Assembly: GCA_964594735.1 (NCBI GenBank)
Contig: CAZQMS010000001.1
Location: 62,523-126,522, forward strand
Source: an uncultured Candidatus Saccharibacteria bacterium
Lineage (GTDB): Bacteria; Patescibacteriota; Minisyncoccia; Phycocordibacterales; UBA2100
Length of the DNA stretch: 64,000 nt
Reading direction: 5' to 3'
Shown piece after piece: positions 1 to 9,750 of the stretch. Below the pieces are notes generated by a model. It ran no database searches. It was not told the DNA's origin and saw nothing but the letters and a program-made list of their open reading frames with translations. A program made the position numbers and the translations under genes. Within the stretch, counting starts at the first letter, position 1. The number at the start of each line of letters is the position of its first letter.

Positions 1-766
1 TGATGTGTTCGAGAGCGGAGCATTGACGTCGGAGCTTGGAGGCGAGTTCAAATTGTTCTTTCCTTGCAGCCTCTTTCATCTCTTTTGTAAGTTGTCGCTT
101 GAGTCCGCGAAAATTACCAGAGAAAAGCTGGCAGATGTGCCGCACCGTCTGGGCATACTCCGCCTTCGACGTCTCACCGCTGCAGACACCCGGGCAGAGT
201 CCAATCTGTCGATTAAAGCAGGGCTTGCACCCCTTGCCGGCCTTGGTGGTACTGCGCTTGATTTGCTCGTCGCAAGGCGTGCACTTTGAATCTCGATACG
301 GAAATATTTTGCGCACGATTTTGAGTGCGTCTTGCAGCGCGAGCCCCTGCGGAAACGGGCCAAAGAGGTGCTTGATATCTGAGTCCTTCCAATTCTGGTA
401 CAGCTCACGGCCTCGCACGACGACAACACGCGGAAAATCCTCTTTTGTAACGACGAGGTAGTTGAAACTTTTATTGTCTTTCGATGCCGCGTTGTACGGC
501 GGCATGTGCCGCTTGATGAGGTTGGCCTCAAGTATGAGCGCTTCGAGCACCGATTGTGTCGTCTCGTAGCTCACCTTGTCCGCCTCGGCGACCATTCTTT
601 CGATGTGCAGCCCGCGCGTCTCGGGCAAATCACCACTGAAATAGCTACGTACCCTGTCGCGCAGCGACGTGGCTTTGCCGATGTAGAGAATACGCCTCCC
701 CTTCTTAAAGGTGTACACGCCCGGCTCGTCGGGCAGTTTGAACTTGGCCAATTCATCGCGCTGCAT
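1..766 (-). CDS. uvrC: Excinuclease ABC subunit C (UvrC), N-terminal ~255 aa; C-terminus lies beyond the window start. Absent from the ORF track because there is no in-window stop.
   Basis: Manual minus-strand translation from ATG at 764-766 gives MQRDELAKFKLPDEPGVYTFKKGRRILYIGKATSLRDRVRSYF (GIY-YIG motif), then ...FGPFPQG..., ...CTPCDEQIKRS..CKPCFNRQIGLCPGVCSG..., ending KEQFELASKLRRQ at position 1. This is colinear with UvrC. Confidence 0.85.
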   Translation of the reverse strand, partial: MQRDELAKFKLPDEPGVYTFKKGRRILYIGKATSLRDRVRSYFSGDLPETRGLHIERMVAEADKVSYETTQSVLEALILEANLIKRHMPPYNAASKDNKSFNYLVVTKEDFPRVVVVRGRELYQNWKDSDIKHLFGPFPQGLALQDALKIVRKIFPYRDSKCTPCDEQIKRSTTKAGKGCKPCFNRQIGLCPGVCSGETSKAEYAQTVRHICQLFSGNFRGLKRQLTKEMKEAARKEQFELASKLRRQCSALEHI

Positions 767-817
767 TGACACGTGATACCACAAGACATACCGTGACGAT
801 AGCCGAGGGAGGTCACC

Positions 818-995
818 ATGCGTTCGACGAGCGAGTGGGCAATTCCCCTGTACGCCCTTATCGTCCCGATCACCATCCTTGTTCTCATTGCCGCAATGAC
901 GTGTGCAAGACTATTCGCGAGGTCAGGTAAGGACTCGACGGCAGAGCACGACGAGCAGACGCGCGACCTGTCGATATTCGACAGGGGGTTCTAAG
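818..995 (+). CDS. Small hypothetical membrane peptide (58 aa), MRSTSEWAIPLYALIVPITILVLIAAMTCARLF...; below the ORF-track length cutoff.
   Basis: ATG is preceded by GAGGGAGG (805-812) at 5-nt spacing; a hydrophobic helix follows; an intrinsic terminator sits 9 nt after the TAA. Confidence 0.35.
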
Positions 996-1003
996 CTCAA
1001 TAT

Positions 1004-1043
1004 CTGACCGGGTGCTTCGTGCGCCCGGTCAGTACTGTTTTCC
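1004..1043 (+). terminator. Rho-independent terminator (ctgaccggg...cccggtcag stem followed by tactgttttcc)
   Basis: 9-bp GC stem plus T-tract directly after the small ORF at 818..995. Confidence 0.5.
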
Positions 1044-1058
1044 ACAGGTCATGAAGAT

Positions 1059-1086
1059 TTGACCCCCGCTCGCATGCATCTATACT
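1059..1086 (+). promoter_or_regulatory. Sigma70-like promoter for carAB: TTGACC, 16-nt spacer, TATACT
   Basis: Hexamers read directly at 1059-1064 and 1081-1086; about 100 nt upstream of the carA ATG. Confidence 0.45.
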
Positions 1087-1126
1087 GAGGCTTTAATGGC
1101 TCGGCTGATGGTTGCACAGGTTCACT

Positions 1127-1186
1127 CCCCGCTCGGGGATATTTTGTTGTCCGACTATTCACCCGCTGCTGGCGGGCTTTTTCTTG
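1127..1186 (+). promoter_or_regulatory. carA leader with two tandem hairpin plus T-tract elements (ccccgctcgggg+atattttgttg; cccgctgctggcggg+ctttttctt). Candidate transcription attenuator.
   Basis: Both hairpins lie between the -10 box and the carA ATG; the second T-tract ends 5 nt before the ATG. Confidence 0.35.
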
Positions 1187-1190
1187 CCAT

Positions 1191-2246
1191 ATGAGGCTCA
1201 TCTTGCAAGACGGCTCAGTGCTTGAAGGCGTGAGCTTCGGCGCCGACAAAGAAATGACCGGTGAAGTCGTCTTCTCGACGGGCATGACAGGGTACGTCGA
1301 ATCGCTTACCGATCCGTCTTTCGCAGGGCAAATTCTCGTCTGCACGTACCCGCTTATTGGCAACTACGGCGTTCCCAGCCCGGAACACTTTGAATCTGAC
1401 CGCATGCACATTTCCGGGCTCATCGTTACCGAGTATTCTGAAGTGTACTCTCACCACGAGGCTACCCGCTCGCTTTCCGCGTGGCTCAAAGAGAGTGGCG
1501 TGCCTGCACTCTCTGGCATCGACACGCGCGCACTCACAAAGAAGCTCCGCGAGCGTGGCGTCTTGCTCGGGCAGATAGTACGCGACGAGTCACGCGAATT
1601 CCTCGACCCCAACAGGGAAAACCTCGTCGCAAAGGTGTCGCCAAAGGAGGTGCGTCAGTATGGCGAGGGGCCAATACGCATAATCGCCGTCGACTGCGGC
1701 ATGAAAGAAAACATCGTCCGCTCGCTCGTGGGCAAAGAGACATCGGTGATGCGCGTACCCTGGAACTACGACTTTACAGAAGAGCAGTACGACGCCCTCG
1801 TCCTCTCCAACGGTCCAGGTGACCCACAGATGTGCGATGTGACGATACACCACATCCGCAAGGCGATGCGCGATGGCAAGCCCATCCTCGGCGTGTGCCT
1901 CGGCAACCAGCTTCTTGCGATTGCCGCGGGCGCGTCGACATACAAGCTCAAGTACGGACACCGTGGTCAGAATCAGCCGTGCATCGAGGCTGATTCCGGC
2001 CGGTGCTACATCACGTCGCAGAATCACGGCTTTGCAGTGGATGCATCTACACTCTCATCGAGCTGGAACGTGTGGTTTACCAATGCCAACGACGGCTCCG
2101 TAGAGGGTATCCGCCACGTGTCGAGGCCGTGGGCCTCTGTGCAGTTTCACCCAGAGGCCTCGCCGGGACCGACAGATACCGCCTGGATTTTTGAGGAATT
2201 TCTTGACTACCTCGTTGCACACCGGCGCTCCAAAACACGCGTATGA
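1191..2246 (+). CDS. carA: Carbamoyl-phosphate synthase small (glutamine amidotransferase) subunit
   Basis: 351 aa; CPSase small-chain N-domain plus class-I GATase (GVCLGNQLL, HGHRG, FHPE motifs); stop overlaps the carB start (ATGA). Confidence 0.95.
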   Translation: MRLILQDGSVLEGVSFGADKEMTGEVVFSTGMTGYVESLTDPSFAGQILVCTYPLIGNYGVPSPEHFESDRMHISGLIVTEYSEVYSHHEATRSLSAWLKESGVPALSGIDTRALTKKLRERGVLLGQIVRDESREFLDPNRENLVAKVSPKEVRQYGEGPIRIIAVDCGMKENIVRSLVGKETSVMRVPWNYDFTEEQYDALVLSNGPGDPQMCDVTIHHIRKAMRDGKPILGVCLGNQLLAIAAGASTYKLKYGHRGQNQPCIEADSGRCYITSQNHGFAVDASTLSSSWNVWFTNANDGSVEGIRHVSRPWASVQFHPEASPGPTDTAWIFEEFLDYLVAHRRSKTRV

Positions 2247-5200
2247 CGACTGGCACATTCAAGAAGCCGAAGAAAGTCCTACTGCTCGGTTCGGGCGGTC
2301 TGCGCATAGGACAGGCAGGTGAGTTTGATTACTCGGGCTCGCAAGCTATCAAGGCGATGAAAGAAGAGGGCATCGAGATCGTTCTTATGAATCCCAACAT
2401 CGCGACGGTGCAGACAGACACCGGACTTGCTGACAAAGTCTATTTTCTCCCGCTCACGCTCCCCTTCGCGACGGATGTGATTGCCAAAGAAAAACCGGAT
2501 GCAATATTCCTCTCCTTCGGCGGCCAGACGGCCCTCAATCTCGGACTCGAGCTCGAGGAGAAAGGTGTGCTCGAGAAACATGGCGTGCGTGTCCTTGGCA
2601 CACTCGTCAAAACAATTCGCGACACCGAAGACCGCGACCTATTTGTGGATCGCCTCAAAGAGATAGGAGTATTCACCGCCAAGAGTCGCGCCGCTCGCAC
2701 GGTCGAAGACGCGGCGCGCGCTGCAAAAGACATAGGCTACCCGGTCATGGTGCGCGCGGGATTTGCACTCGGCGGCGAGGGCTCTGGCATGGTCGCGTCG
2801 GAAAAAGAGCTGAGGGCGAAGCTCGGCGAGGTTTTCCGCAACGTGCCACAGGTGCTGATAGAAGAGTACCTCGGTGGATGGAAAGAGGTGGAATACGAGG
2901 TCGTACGCGACAGCGCCGACAACTGCATTACCGTCTGTAACATGGAGAACATCGACCCAATGGGCATCCACACGGGCGAGAGCATCGTGGTCGCCCCATC
3001 GCAGACACTTTCCAATCGCGACTACCACATGCTCCGCGAAGTTGCTCTCAAGACTATTCGGCACCTCGGCATCATCGGTGAGTGCAACATCCAGTATGCG
3101 CTGCATCCCACGACCGGCGAGTACCGCGTCATCGAGGTCAACGCCCGCCTCTCCCGCTCATCCGCTCTCGCATCAAAAGCCACGGGGTATCCACTCGCCT
3201 TCGTCGCCGCAAAGCTCGGCCTCGGCTACAACCTGACCGATATCAAAAACTCGGTGACAAAGAAGACAATTGCGTGCTTCGAGCCGGCACTCGACTATGT
3301 CGCGCTCAAAATGCCGCGCTGGGACTTGGCGAAGTTCGATCCGCCGACTGGCGGACGCGCACTTGACCGCATCGGCACGGAGATGAAAAGTGTCGGCGAG
3401 GTCATGGCTATAGGCCGCAGCTTCGAGGAGGCGCTCCAAAAGGCTATTCGTATGCTCAATACGGGCGCGACAGGATTTACCGCCCAGAAGAACGGTAACT
3501 TCAATCTCAAGAATCCTCGCAAAGAGATTCACGAGCCGACGACGCGCCGCATTTTTGCTATCGCGCAAGCGATGCGCGAAGGAGTCTCATCGAAACGCAT
3601 TCACGAGCTATCGCGCATAGACATGTGGTTTCTCGCGAAAATGGAGCGCATCATACGCCTCGAGAAGCAACTTCGTCGCGGTGCGCTCACGCGCGAGCGC
3701 ATGCTCGAGGCCAAGCGGGCCGGTTTTTCTGACCTACAGTTGGCGCTCATCACTCGTTCTACCGAGCACAAGGTGCGAGCGCTTCGCAAAAAACTCGGCG
3801 TACTGCCGTCGGTCAAGCAGATAGACACGCTCGCCGGTGAATTCCCCGCCAAGACCAATTACCTCTACCTCACCTACCACGGGAGCGAAAACGACACGGT
3901 GCGGGGCGAGAACCAGATGATGGTGCTTGGCTCCGGCCCGTACTGCATTGGCTCATCAGTAGAGTTCGACTGGTCGTGCGTTCAAGCCCTCAAGACATTG
4001 AAAAAGGAAGGGTACGGCACAATCATGATCAACTCGAATCCTGAGACAGTCTCGACAGACTACGACATGTCAGACCGACTCTACTTCGACGAGCTCTCGC
4101 TGGAACGCATTCTCGACATCATCGAATTCGAGAAGCCGAAATCCGTCGTCGTCTCGACCGGCGGTCAGATTCCCAACAACCTTGCGCTGCAGCTCCATAA
4201 GGCGGATGTCTCCATACTCGGCACGTCGCCTGAGAACATCAATCGTGCCGAGGACAGGCACGTGTTTTCTAAGATGCTCGACAAGCTGAGTGTCGACCAG
4301 CCCGGCTGGGCAGAGCTCTCGACACAGGGCGCGGCTCGCAAGACGGCACAAAGCCTGGGCTACCCTGTGCTCGTGCGCCCGTCGTACGTGCTTTCAGGTG
4401 CAGCAATGCGCGTAGCCTATGATGAAAAGGAGTTGCTTCAATTCCTCAAGAAGGCGGCGAGCATATCTGATGACCATCCCGTAGTCATATCGAAGTTTAT
4501 CGAGAACGCCCGGGAAATTGAAATCGACGGCGTCGCCAAGAAGGGAAAGCTCGTCGTCTATGCGATTACAGAGCATGTGGAGAACGCGGGTACGCACTCG
4601 GGAGATGCGACAGTCGTGCTCCCGCCTCAGCGTACGTACCTCGAAACTATTCGGCGCGCCAAAGAGACGGCAAAGCTCATCATCAAGGAGCTCGACATCA
4701 CGGGGCCCTTCAACATCCAATTCCTCGCCAAAGACAACAAAATCCAGGTCATCGAATGCAACCTCCGCGCATCGCGCAGCTTCCCCTTCGTCTCAAAAGT
4801 CACTGGCTACAACTTTATCGACATAGCGCTCAGAGCTATGCTCGGGCGTGATGTATCCGGCGAGTACCGCACACTAGAACTCGATACCGTCGCAGTGAAA
4901 TCGCCGCAATTTTCTTTCAATCGCATCAAGGGCGCAGACCCGCGCACCTCTGTAGAGATGGCGTCGACAGGCGAAGTCGCGTGCTTTGGCGATTCGTACG
5001 CCGAAGCGCTCATCAACTCTATGATGGCGGCCGGTTTCAGATTGCCCAAGAAGCACGTACTCGTCTCTCTCGGCGGAGTTGAAAACAAGGTGAAGCTCCT
5101 GCCCGCTATTGAGAAGCTGCGCGACATGGGCTTTGTGTTCTACGCCACGGAGCACACCGCGGATTTCCTCGCGAAGCATCGCATCAAGAGCAAAAAAGTA

Positions 5201-5455
5201 TTTAAGCTGCACCAGCGCAAGAAGCCCAACGTGCTCGACTTACTGAACTCCGGGGAACTTGACCTCATTATCAACATTCAGGAGCGCGCACTCAAGCCTA
5301 CCGAAGACGGGTTCGCCGTGAGGCGTAAAGCGGTCGATATGAACATCCCGCTTATCACGAATCGCCAACTTGCTGAGGCCTTTGTGATGGCGCTCGCGGA
5401 GCGAAACCACTCGGGAACTATAAAAACGTGGGATGAGTACCGTGCGGAAAATTAA
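2243..5455 (+). CDS. carB: Carbamoyl-phosphate synthase large subunit
   Basis: 1070 aa; two ATP-grasp halves, oligomerisation domain and a C-terminal MGS-like domain; N-terminus KVLLLGSGGLRIGQAGEFDYSGSQA is canonical. Confidence 0.97.
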   Translation: MTTGTFKKPKKVLLLGSGGLRIGQAGEFDYSGSQAIKAMKEEGIEIVLMNPNIATVQTDTGLADKVYFLPLTLPFATDVIAKEKPDAIFLSFGGQTALNLGLELEEKGVLEKHGVRVLGTLVKTIRDTEDRDLFVDRLKEIGVFTAKSRAARTVEDAARAAKDIGYPVMVRAGFALGGEGSGMVASEKELRAKLGEVFRNVPQVLIEEYLGGWKEVEYEVVRDSADNCITVCNMENIDPMGIHTGESIVVAPSQTLSNRDYHMLREVALKTIRHLGIIGECNIQYALHPTTGEYRVIEVNARLSRSSALASKATGYPLAFVAAKLGLGYNLTDIKNSVTKKTIACFEPALDYVALKMPRWDLAKFDPPTGGRALDRIGTEMKSVGEVMAIGRSFEEALQKAIRMLNTGATGFTAQKNGNFNLKNPRKEIHEPTTRRIFAIAQAMREGVSSKRIHELSRIDMWFLAKMERIIRLEKQLRRGALTRERMLEAKRAGFSDLQLALITRSTEHKVRALRKKLGVLPSVKQIDTLAGEFPAKTNYLYLTYHGSENDTVRGENQMMVLGSGPYCIGSSVEFDWSCVQALKTLKKEGYGTIMINSNPETVSTDYDMSDRLYFDELSLERILDIIEFEKPKSVVVSTGGQIPNNLALQLHKADVSILGTSPENINRAEDRHVFSKMLDKLSVDQPGWAELSTQGAARKTAQSLGYPVLVRPSYVLSGAAMRVAYDEKELLQFLKKAASISDDHPVVISKFIENAREIEIDGVAKKGKLVVYAITEHVENAGTHSGDATVVLPPQRTYLETIRRAKETAKLIIKELDITGPFNIQFLAKDNKIQVIECNLRASRSFPFVSKVTGYNFIDIALRAMLGRDVSGEYRTLELDTVAVKSPQFSFNRIKGADPRTSVEMASTGEVACFGDSYAEALINSMMAAGFRLPKKHVLVSLGGVENKVKLLPAIEKLRDMGFVFYATEHTADFLAKHRIKSKKVFKLHQRKKPNVLDLLNSGELDLIINIQERALKPTEDGFAVRRKAVDMNIPLITNRQLAEAFVMALAERNHSGTIKTWDEYRAEN

Positions 5456-5648
5456 AACCCCCGGGACTCAATTTCAGCGTACACATACGCGTGAAATTCC
5501 CGGGGGTACACAAACTCTGTACTCAACACACTGGCCGATACACTACGCGGCCTCGGAGCGCACGATTCCCATGCGCTCCCTAACGGACCCCTGGCGTGGA
5601 CGGTGTCCGTCGATACCTATTTCTATTATAGCACATCTGCGCCACAAA

Positions 5649-8327
5649 TCAAGACTTGAACGCTTTCCCCTTCTTGAGCACTTTCTTCAAATAGTAGCCC
5701 GTGTGTGAGCCGTCGGTTTTTGAGACTTCCTCCGGTGTGCCGGTCGCGACTATCTGACCGCCACGCTCTCCACCTTCCGGCCCCATATCGACGAGGTAAT
5801 CGGCGCACTTGAGTACGTCGAGGTTGTGCTCGATAACCACCACAGTGTTTCCCCTCTCGACAAGCTTTTGCAGAATCTGAACGAGTTTCGCAACATCGTC
5901 GTAGTGGAGTCCGACCGTCGGCTCATCGAGCAGGTAGATGCTTTTTGAGATGTGCGGTCGATAGAGCTCCGAAGCAATTTTCACGCGCTGCGCTTCGCCA
6001 CCCGAAAGCGTCGTCGCACTCTGGCCGAGTTCGAGGTACGAGAGCCCTACGTCGGCGAGCGACTCGAGTCTATCCGCGATGGCAGGGATGTCTTCGAAGA
6101 ATTTGAGGGCCTCCTCGACGGTCATCGAGAGCACGTCGTGAATGCTCTTCTTTCGGTACTTCACCTCGAGCGTCTCTTTCATAAAGCGCTTGCCATTGCA
6201 GACATCACAGGTCACATACACAGTCGGAAGGAAGTGCATCTCGACGGCGACAAGCCCGTTGCCTTGGCACGCCTCGCACCGCCCGCCCTTTACGTTGAAT
6301 GAGAATCGCCCCGGTCCCCACCCGCGTGCGCGCGCCTCTTCACTCATCGCAAAGAGGTCGCGGATGTGCGTCCATGCACCCGTGTACGTCGCAGGGTTCG
6401 AGCGCGGCGTGCGGCCGATGGGCGACTGATCAATAAGGATGGCACGACCGAGGTATTCGGTACCGGTAAACTCTTTGACATTGTAAATCTTCGCGGTGCG
6501 GAAACGCTTATCGAAACGCGCCTGTAGATTGCGATGGAGCATCTCGTAGAGAAATGTCGATTTACCCGAGCCGGAGACACCCGTGATGCCGACGAGCTTG
6601 CCGAGTGGGATGTCCACATTGAGATTCTTGATGTTGAATTTGTTACCACCGCGAATCTTTATCTTTCCTTTATCAGATGTGCGGCGATTCTCGGGCACCT
6701 CTATCGCTGCTTCCTCGCGCAAGTATGCGAGCGTGCGCGAGCCAGACTTGTTGGTCTTTGCAGTGAGCAAGTCATCGAGCCACCCCTGTGCCACGATGTG
6801 GCCACCATGCGTACCAGCTCCCGGGCCGATGTCTACGATGTAATCGGCGGCGTATATCGTGTCTTCGTCGTGCTCGACGACGAGCACTGTGTTGCCGAGG
6901 TCTCGGAGGTGCTTGAGCGTCTCAATGAGCTTGTCGTTGTCGCGCTGGTGTAGACCGATGGTCGGCTCGTCGAGCACGTAGAGTGCACCCACAAGACCGC
7001 TCCCCAGCTGCGATGCGAGGCGAATGCGCTGCGCTTCACCACCGGAAAGCGTGTTGGCCTTTCTGTCGAGCGTGAGGTATTCGATGCCCACATTGAGCAT
7101 GAACTGCAATCGATTCGTGATTTCCTTGATGACGGTACGCGAAATCTCCTGCTCCTTTTTCGTGAGCTTGAGGTCTTCGAAAAACTTCATCGCATCCTCG
7201 ATGGAAAGCGACGCAAGTTTGACGATGTTTGTGCCCGTAGCGGGTCCATTGTGCGCTGTGGCTCCGACAGCTGGCGGATGTACCTTACCGAGAAACACAT
7301 TAAGCGCTTCCGGCCGGAGGCGCGCACCGGAGCACACCGGACAGGCCTCGTCGCTCCAGAGGTACCGTGTACCGAGGCCGTTGCACTCCGGGCATGCTCC
7401 GTATGGGGAATTGAATGAAAAAAGGCGCGGCTCTACTTCTGGGAACGAGAAGCCGTCGTACGCGCACATAAATTTGGCCGATACGATATGCGCTTCGCCG
7501 CTCGGCTCGGTAATACGGACGAGGCCGTCGCTCTCATGCAGTGCACGCTCTATCGCTTCCGAAGCGCGCTCGAGCGAGCCCTTGGCGTCGTCGTTGAACT
7601 CCGAGACAAAAATTTCATCGACAATGATGTCAATATCATGCCGGTCGTTTTTCGAGAGCACGATACGATCACGAAGCGACTTCTCTTCGCCGTCTATCAC
7701 CGCCCTTTCGAAGCCTTTGTTCAGCATGTCGTAGAGCAGCTGGTAGTATTCGCCTTTACGACCCACGACCATAGGAGCCGAGATGCGCACTTTATCGGTC
7801 GAAATACTTGCAGTAAGTTTCCCTGGCCGGGCAGGCTTCCCTGTCACCTTTTTTAATTTGCTCGCCTCCTCCACAACCTCGAGTACTCGCTCGAGTATCT
7901 CTTCGTTGGTAAGCTTCTTGACCTCACGACCGCACTGTGGACAGTGTGGGTGGCCGACACGCGCGTAGAGGACGCGGAGGTAGTCGTATATTTCGGTGAT
8001 GGTCGCCACTGTGGAGCGTGGATTGTTGGAGCGACTCTTTTGGTCGATCGAAATGGCGGGAGAGAGCCCTGATATCTCGTCTACATCTGGCTTTTGCATT
8101 TGACGGAGAAATTGGCGTGCGTACGCGGAAAGCGATTCTACGTACTTGCGCTGACCTTCGGCAAATATGGTGTCGAAAGCGAGCGACGACTTGCCGCTTC
8201 CCGAAAGCCCCGTAAAAACCACCATCTTCCCGCGCGGCATCTCGACCGTCACGTTCTTGAGGTTGTGCGTCCGAGCACCTTTTACGATGATTTTTCCCGC
8301 ATCGAAGTTGTTTTTGTCGTCTGCCAT
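5649..8327 (-). CDS. uvrA: Excinuclease ABC subunit A (UvrA)
   Basis: Two ABC ATPase modules (GLSGSGKSS, GVSGSGKST, LSGGEAQR x2) and zinc-finger Cys clusters. ATG at 8327 (MADDKNNFDAGKIIVKGARTHNLKN) is the canonical UvrA N-terminus; the ORF track extends it to 8405. Confidence 0.95.
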   Translation of the reverse strand: MADDKNNFDAGKIIVKGARTHNLKNVTVEMPRGKMVVFTGLSGSGKSSLAFDTIFAEGQRKYVESLSAYARQFLRQMQKPDVDEISGLSPAISIDQKSRSNNPRSTVATITEIYDYLRVLYARVGHPHCPQCGREVKKLTNEEILERVLEVVEEASKLKKVTGKPARPGKLTASISTDKVRISAPMVVGRKGEYYQLLYDMLNKGFERAVIDGEEKSLRDRIVLSKNDRHDIDIIVDEIFVSEFNDDAKGSLERASEAIERALHESDGLVRITEPSGEAHIVSAKFMCAYDGFSFPEVEPRLFSFNSPYGACPECNGLGTRYLWSDEACPVCSGARLRPEALNVFLGKVHPPAVGATAHNGPATGTNIVKLASLSIEDAMKFFEDLKLTKKEQEISRTVIKEITNRLQFMLNVGIEYLTLDRKANTLSGGEAQRIRLASQLGSGLVGALYVLDEPTIGLHQRDNDKLIETLKHLRDLGNTVLVVEHDEDTIYAADYIVDIGPGAGTHGGHIVAQGWLDDLLTAKTNKSGSRTLAYLREEAAIEVPENRRTSDKGKIKIRGGNKFNIKNLNVDIPLGKLVGITGVSGSGKSTFLYEMLHRNLQARFDKRFRTAKIYNVKEFTGTEYLGRAILIDQSPIGRTPRSNPATYTGAWTHIRDLFAMSEEARARGWGPGRFSFNVKGGRCEACQGNGLVAVEMHFLPTVYVTCDVCNGKRFMKETLEVKYRKKSIHDVLSMTVEEALKFFEDIPAIADRLESLADVGLSYLELGQSATTLSGGEAQRVKIASELYRPHISKSIYLLDEPTVGLHYDDVAKLVQILQKLVERGNTVVVIEHNLDVLKCADYLVDMGPEGGERGGQIVATGTPEEVSKTDGSHTGYYLKKVLKKGKAFKS

Positions 8328-8419
8328 ATCAATGGTTTTGACCCCCGCGCTGGCGCAAGGGGTTGTATAGCCCCGCAGAGTTTTACTCTGGCTGGGCAGA
8401 GGCACTATATCGCATTTTG

Positions 8420-8448
8420 TTGACTGTATCCATTTGCACCGGTATCGT
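8420..8448 (+). promoter_or_regulatory. Candidate sigma70 promoter (TTGACT, 17-nt spacer, TATCGT) in the uvrA-divergent region, driving ORF 8471..8788
   Basis: Hexamers read directly; GGAGG RBS at 8461-8465 precedes the ATG at 8471. Confidence 0.4.
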
Positions 8449-8470
8449 CCTTTCAGCAGCGGAGGTATCT

Positions 8471-8788
8471 ATGAAAGCTATATATGTGTCTCGCGTGGAG
8501 AGCCGGGACGGCGATTTCGCCGTGTTCCATGAACATCCGTTGCCGGTCGATGAGGAGTGGGACGCGCAGGTCTGTCGAAGGCACTACCGAGCCTTTGAAC
8601 TCTCGCTGAGCGATGAGGGCGAGAACGTTCGTGGCCCCAATTGGTACGTCCTGACAGGCGTGCCGTTTGGGCTTCGCACCGCCGATCTGTTCTTCGTCGC
8701 CCCATCTGACCACGCAGCGAAAGACTTAGCAGTGAAGCAGGAGTGGGCGGCCTGTCGACTCTACCGGTGTGAAGAGTGCGCACCATGA
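8471..8788 (+). CDS. Hypothetical protein (105 aa) with C-terminal CxxxxxCEEC motif
   Basis: Good SD (GGAGG, 5-nt spacer). Sits in the gap between divergent uvrA and convergent murB. No family recognised. Confidence 0.5.
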   Translation: MKAIYVSRVESRDGDFAVFHEHPLPVDEEWDAQVCRRHYRAFELSLSDEGENVRGPNWYVLTGVPFGLRTADLFFVAPSDHAAKDLAVKQEWAACRLYRCEECAP

Positions 8789-8827
8789 ACATTCCCGAGG
8801 GCGGGCAGCTTCGCTGCCCGCCTTTGA

Positions 8828-9748
8828 CTATAGGAGCGCGGCTTCTTCCTGCAGCTCAATACCGAACTGGTTGAATACTTCCATCTTAATTTGCTGCGCG
8901 AGGTTGCGGACATCGTGCGCAGTCGCAGTGCCTTCGTTGACGATATAGTTGGGGTGTTGCAAGCTCGCTATCGCGCCGCCCACGCGCGCGCCCTTCATTC
9001 CCGCTTTTTCGATAAGCCACCCGGCAGGTACCCTGCCCTCTCGAGACTTCACACCCTTTTCTGCTTCAAACAGTGCAACTATTTCATCTGGCGCTACCGG
9101 GTTCATAAAAAATGAGCCTGCAGCCTGCACGTTCTGCAAGTGGCGGCGCTCGCGCTCCGCAATTGTCTCTGCTATTGACGCCGCAATCTTTTCAGGTTGT
9201 CCTTGTGCAAGTCTGACTTGCACACGAGTGATAATCCATTCACGATTGTCTTTGAAAAAGCTGTGTCTGTATGAAAAGTCGCACTCGGTATTCACAAACT
9301 CTTTCGTTTCACCGGTCTTGCTGTGTATTGCGCGCACGGCGACTACGAAATCTTTTATCTCCGGTCCAAATGCCCCCGCATTCCCTCTCGCTGCACCACC
9401 AACAGAGCCGGGAATACCTGCAAGCTTCTCCCAGCCGCCGTACCCCAATCGTCCCATCGCCTGTATGAGCGCAAGAAGATTGGTACCCGCCCACGCATCC
9501 ACAATGCCGTCGGTGCATTCGTAGACGTCGCCCGACATGCGCATCACGAGGGCGTCGAGTCCCCCGTCGGGCACAAGCACATTGCTACCACCAGAGAGGA
9601 CTACGAGCCGCACTTCGCGCTCCTTCGCCCACGCAATTGCTTCATGCACCTCTGACTCGCTTCGGACGTCCACGAAGTACTGCGCCTCGCCACCAATCTT
9701 GAACGTGGTTGTCGGAGCGAGCGGTAGATTTTCTTGTACATCTTGCAT
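8828..9748 (-). CDS. murB: UDP-N-acetylenolpyruvoylglucosamine reductase (MurB)
   Basis: 306 aa; FAD-binding PCMH N-terminus (TTFKIGGEAQYFVDV.S..EV.EA, LVLSGGSNVLV) plus MurB C-domain. Start lies 2 nt after the uvrB stop. Confidence 0.9.
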   Translation of the reverse strand: MQDVQENLPLAPTTTFKIGGEAQYFVDVRSESEVHEAIAWAKEREVRLVVLSGGSNVLVPDGGLDALVMRMSGDVYECTDGIVDAWAGTNLLALIQAMGRLGYGGWEKLAGIPGSVGGAARGNAGAFGPEIKDFVVAVRAIHSKTGETKEFVNTECDFSYRHSFFKDNREWIITRVQVRLAQGQPEKIAASIAETIAERERRHLQNVQAAGSFFMNPVAPDEIVALFEAEKGVKSREGRVPAGWLIEKAGMKGARVGGAIASLQHPNYIVNEGTATAHDVRNLAQQIKMEVFNQFGIELQEEAALL

Positions 9749-9750
9749 AC

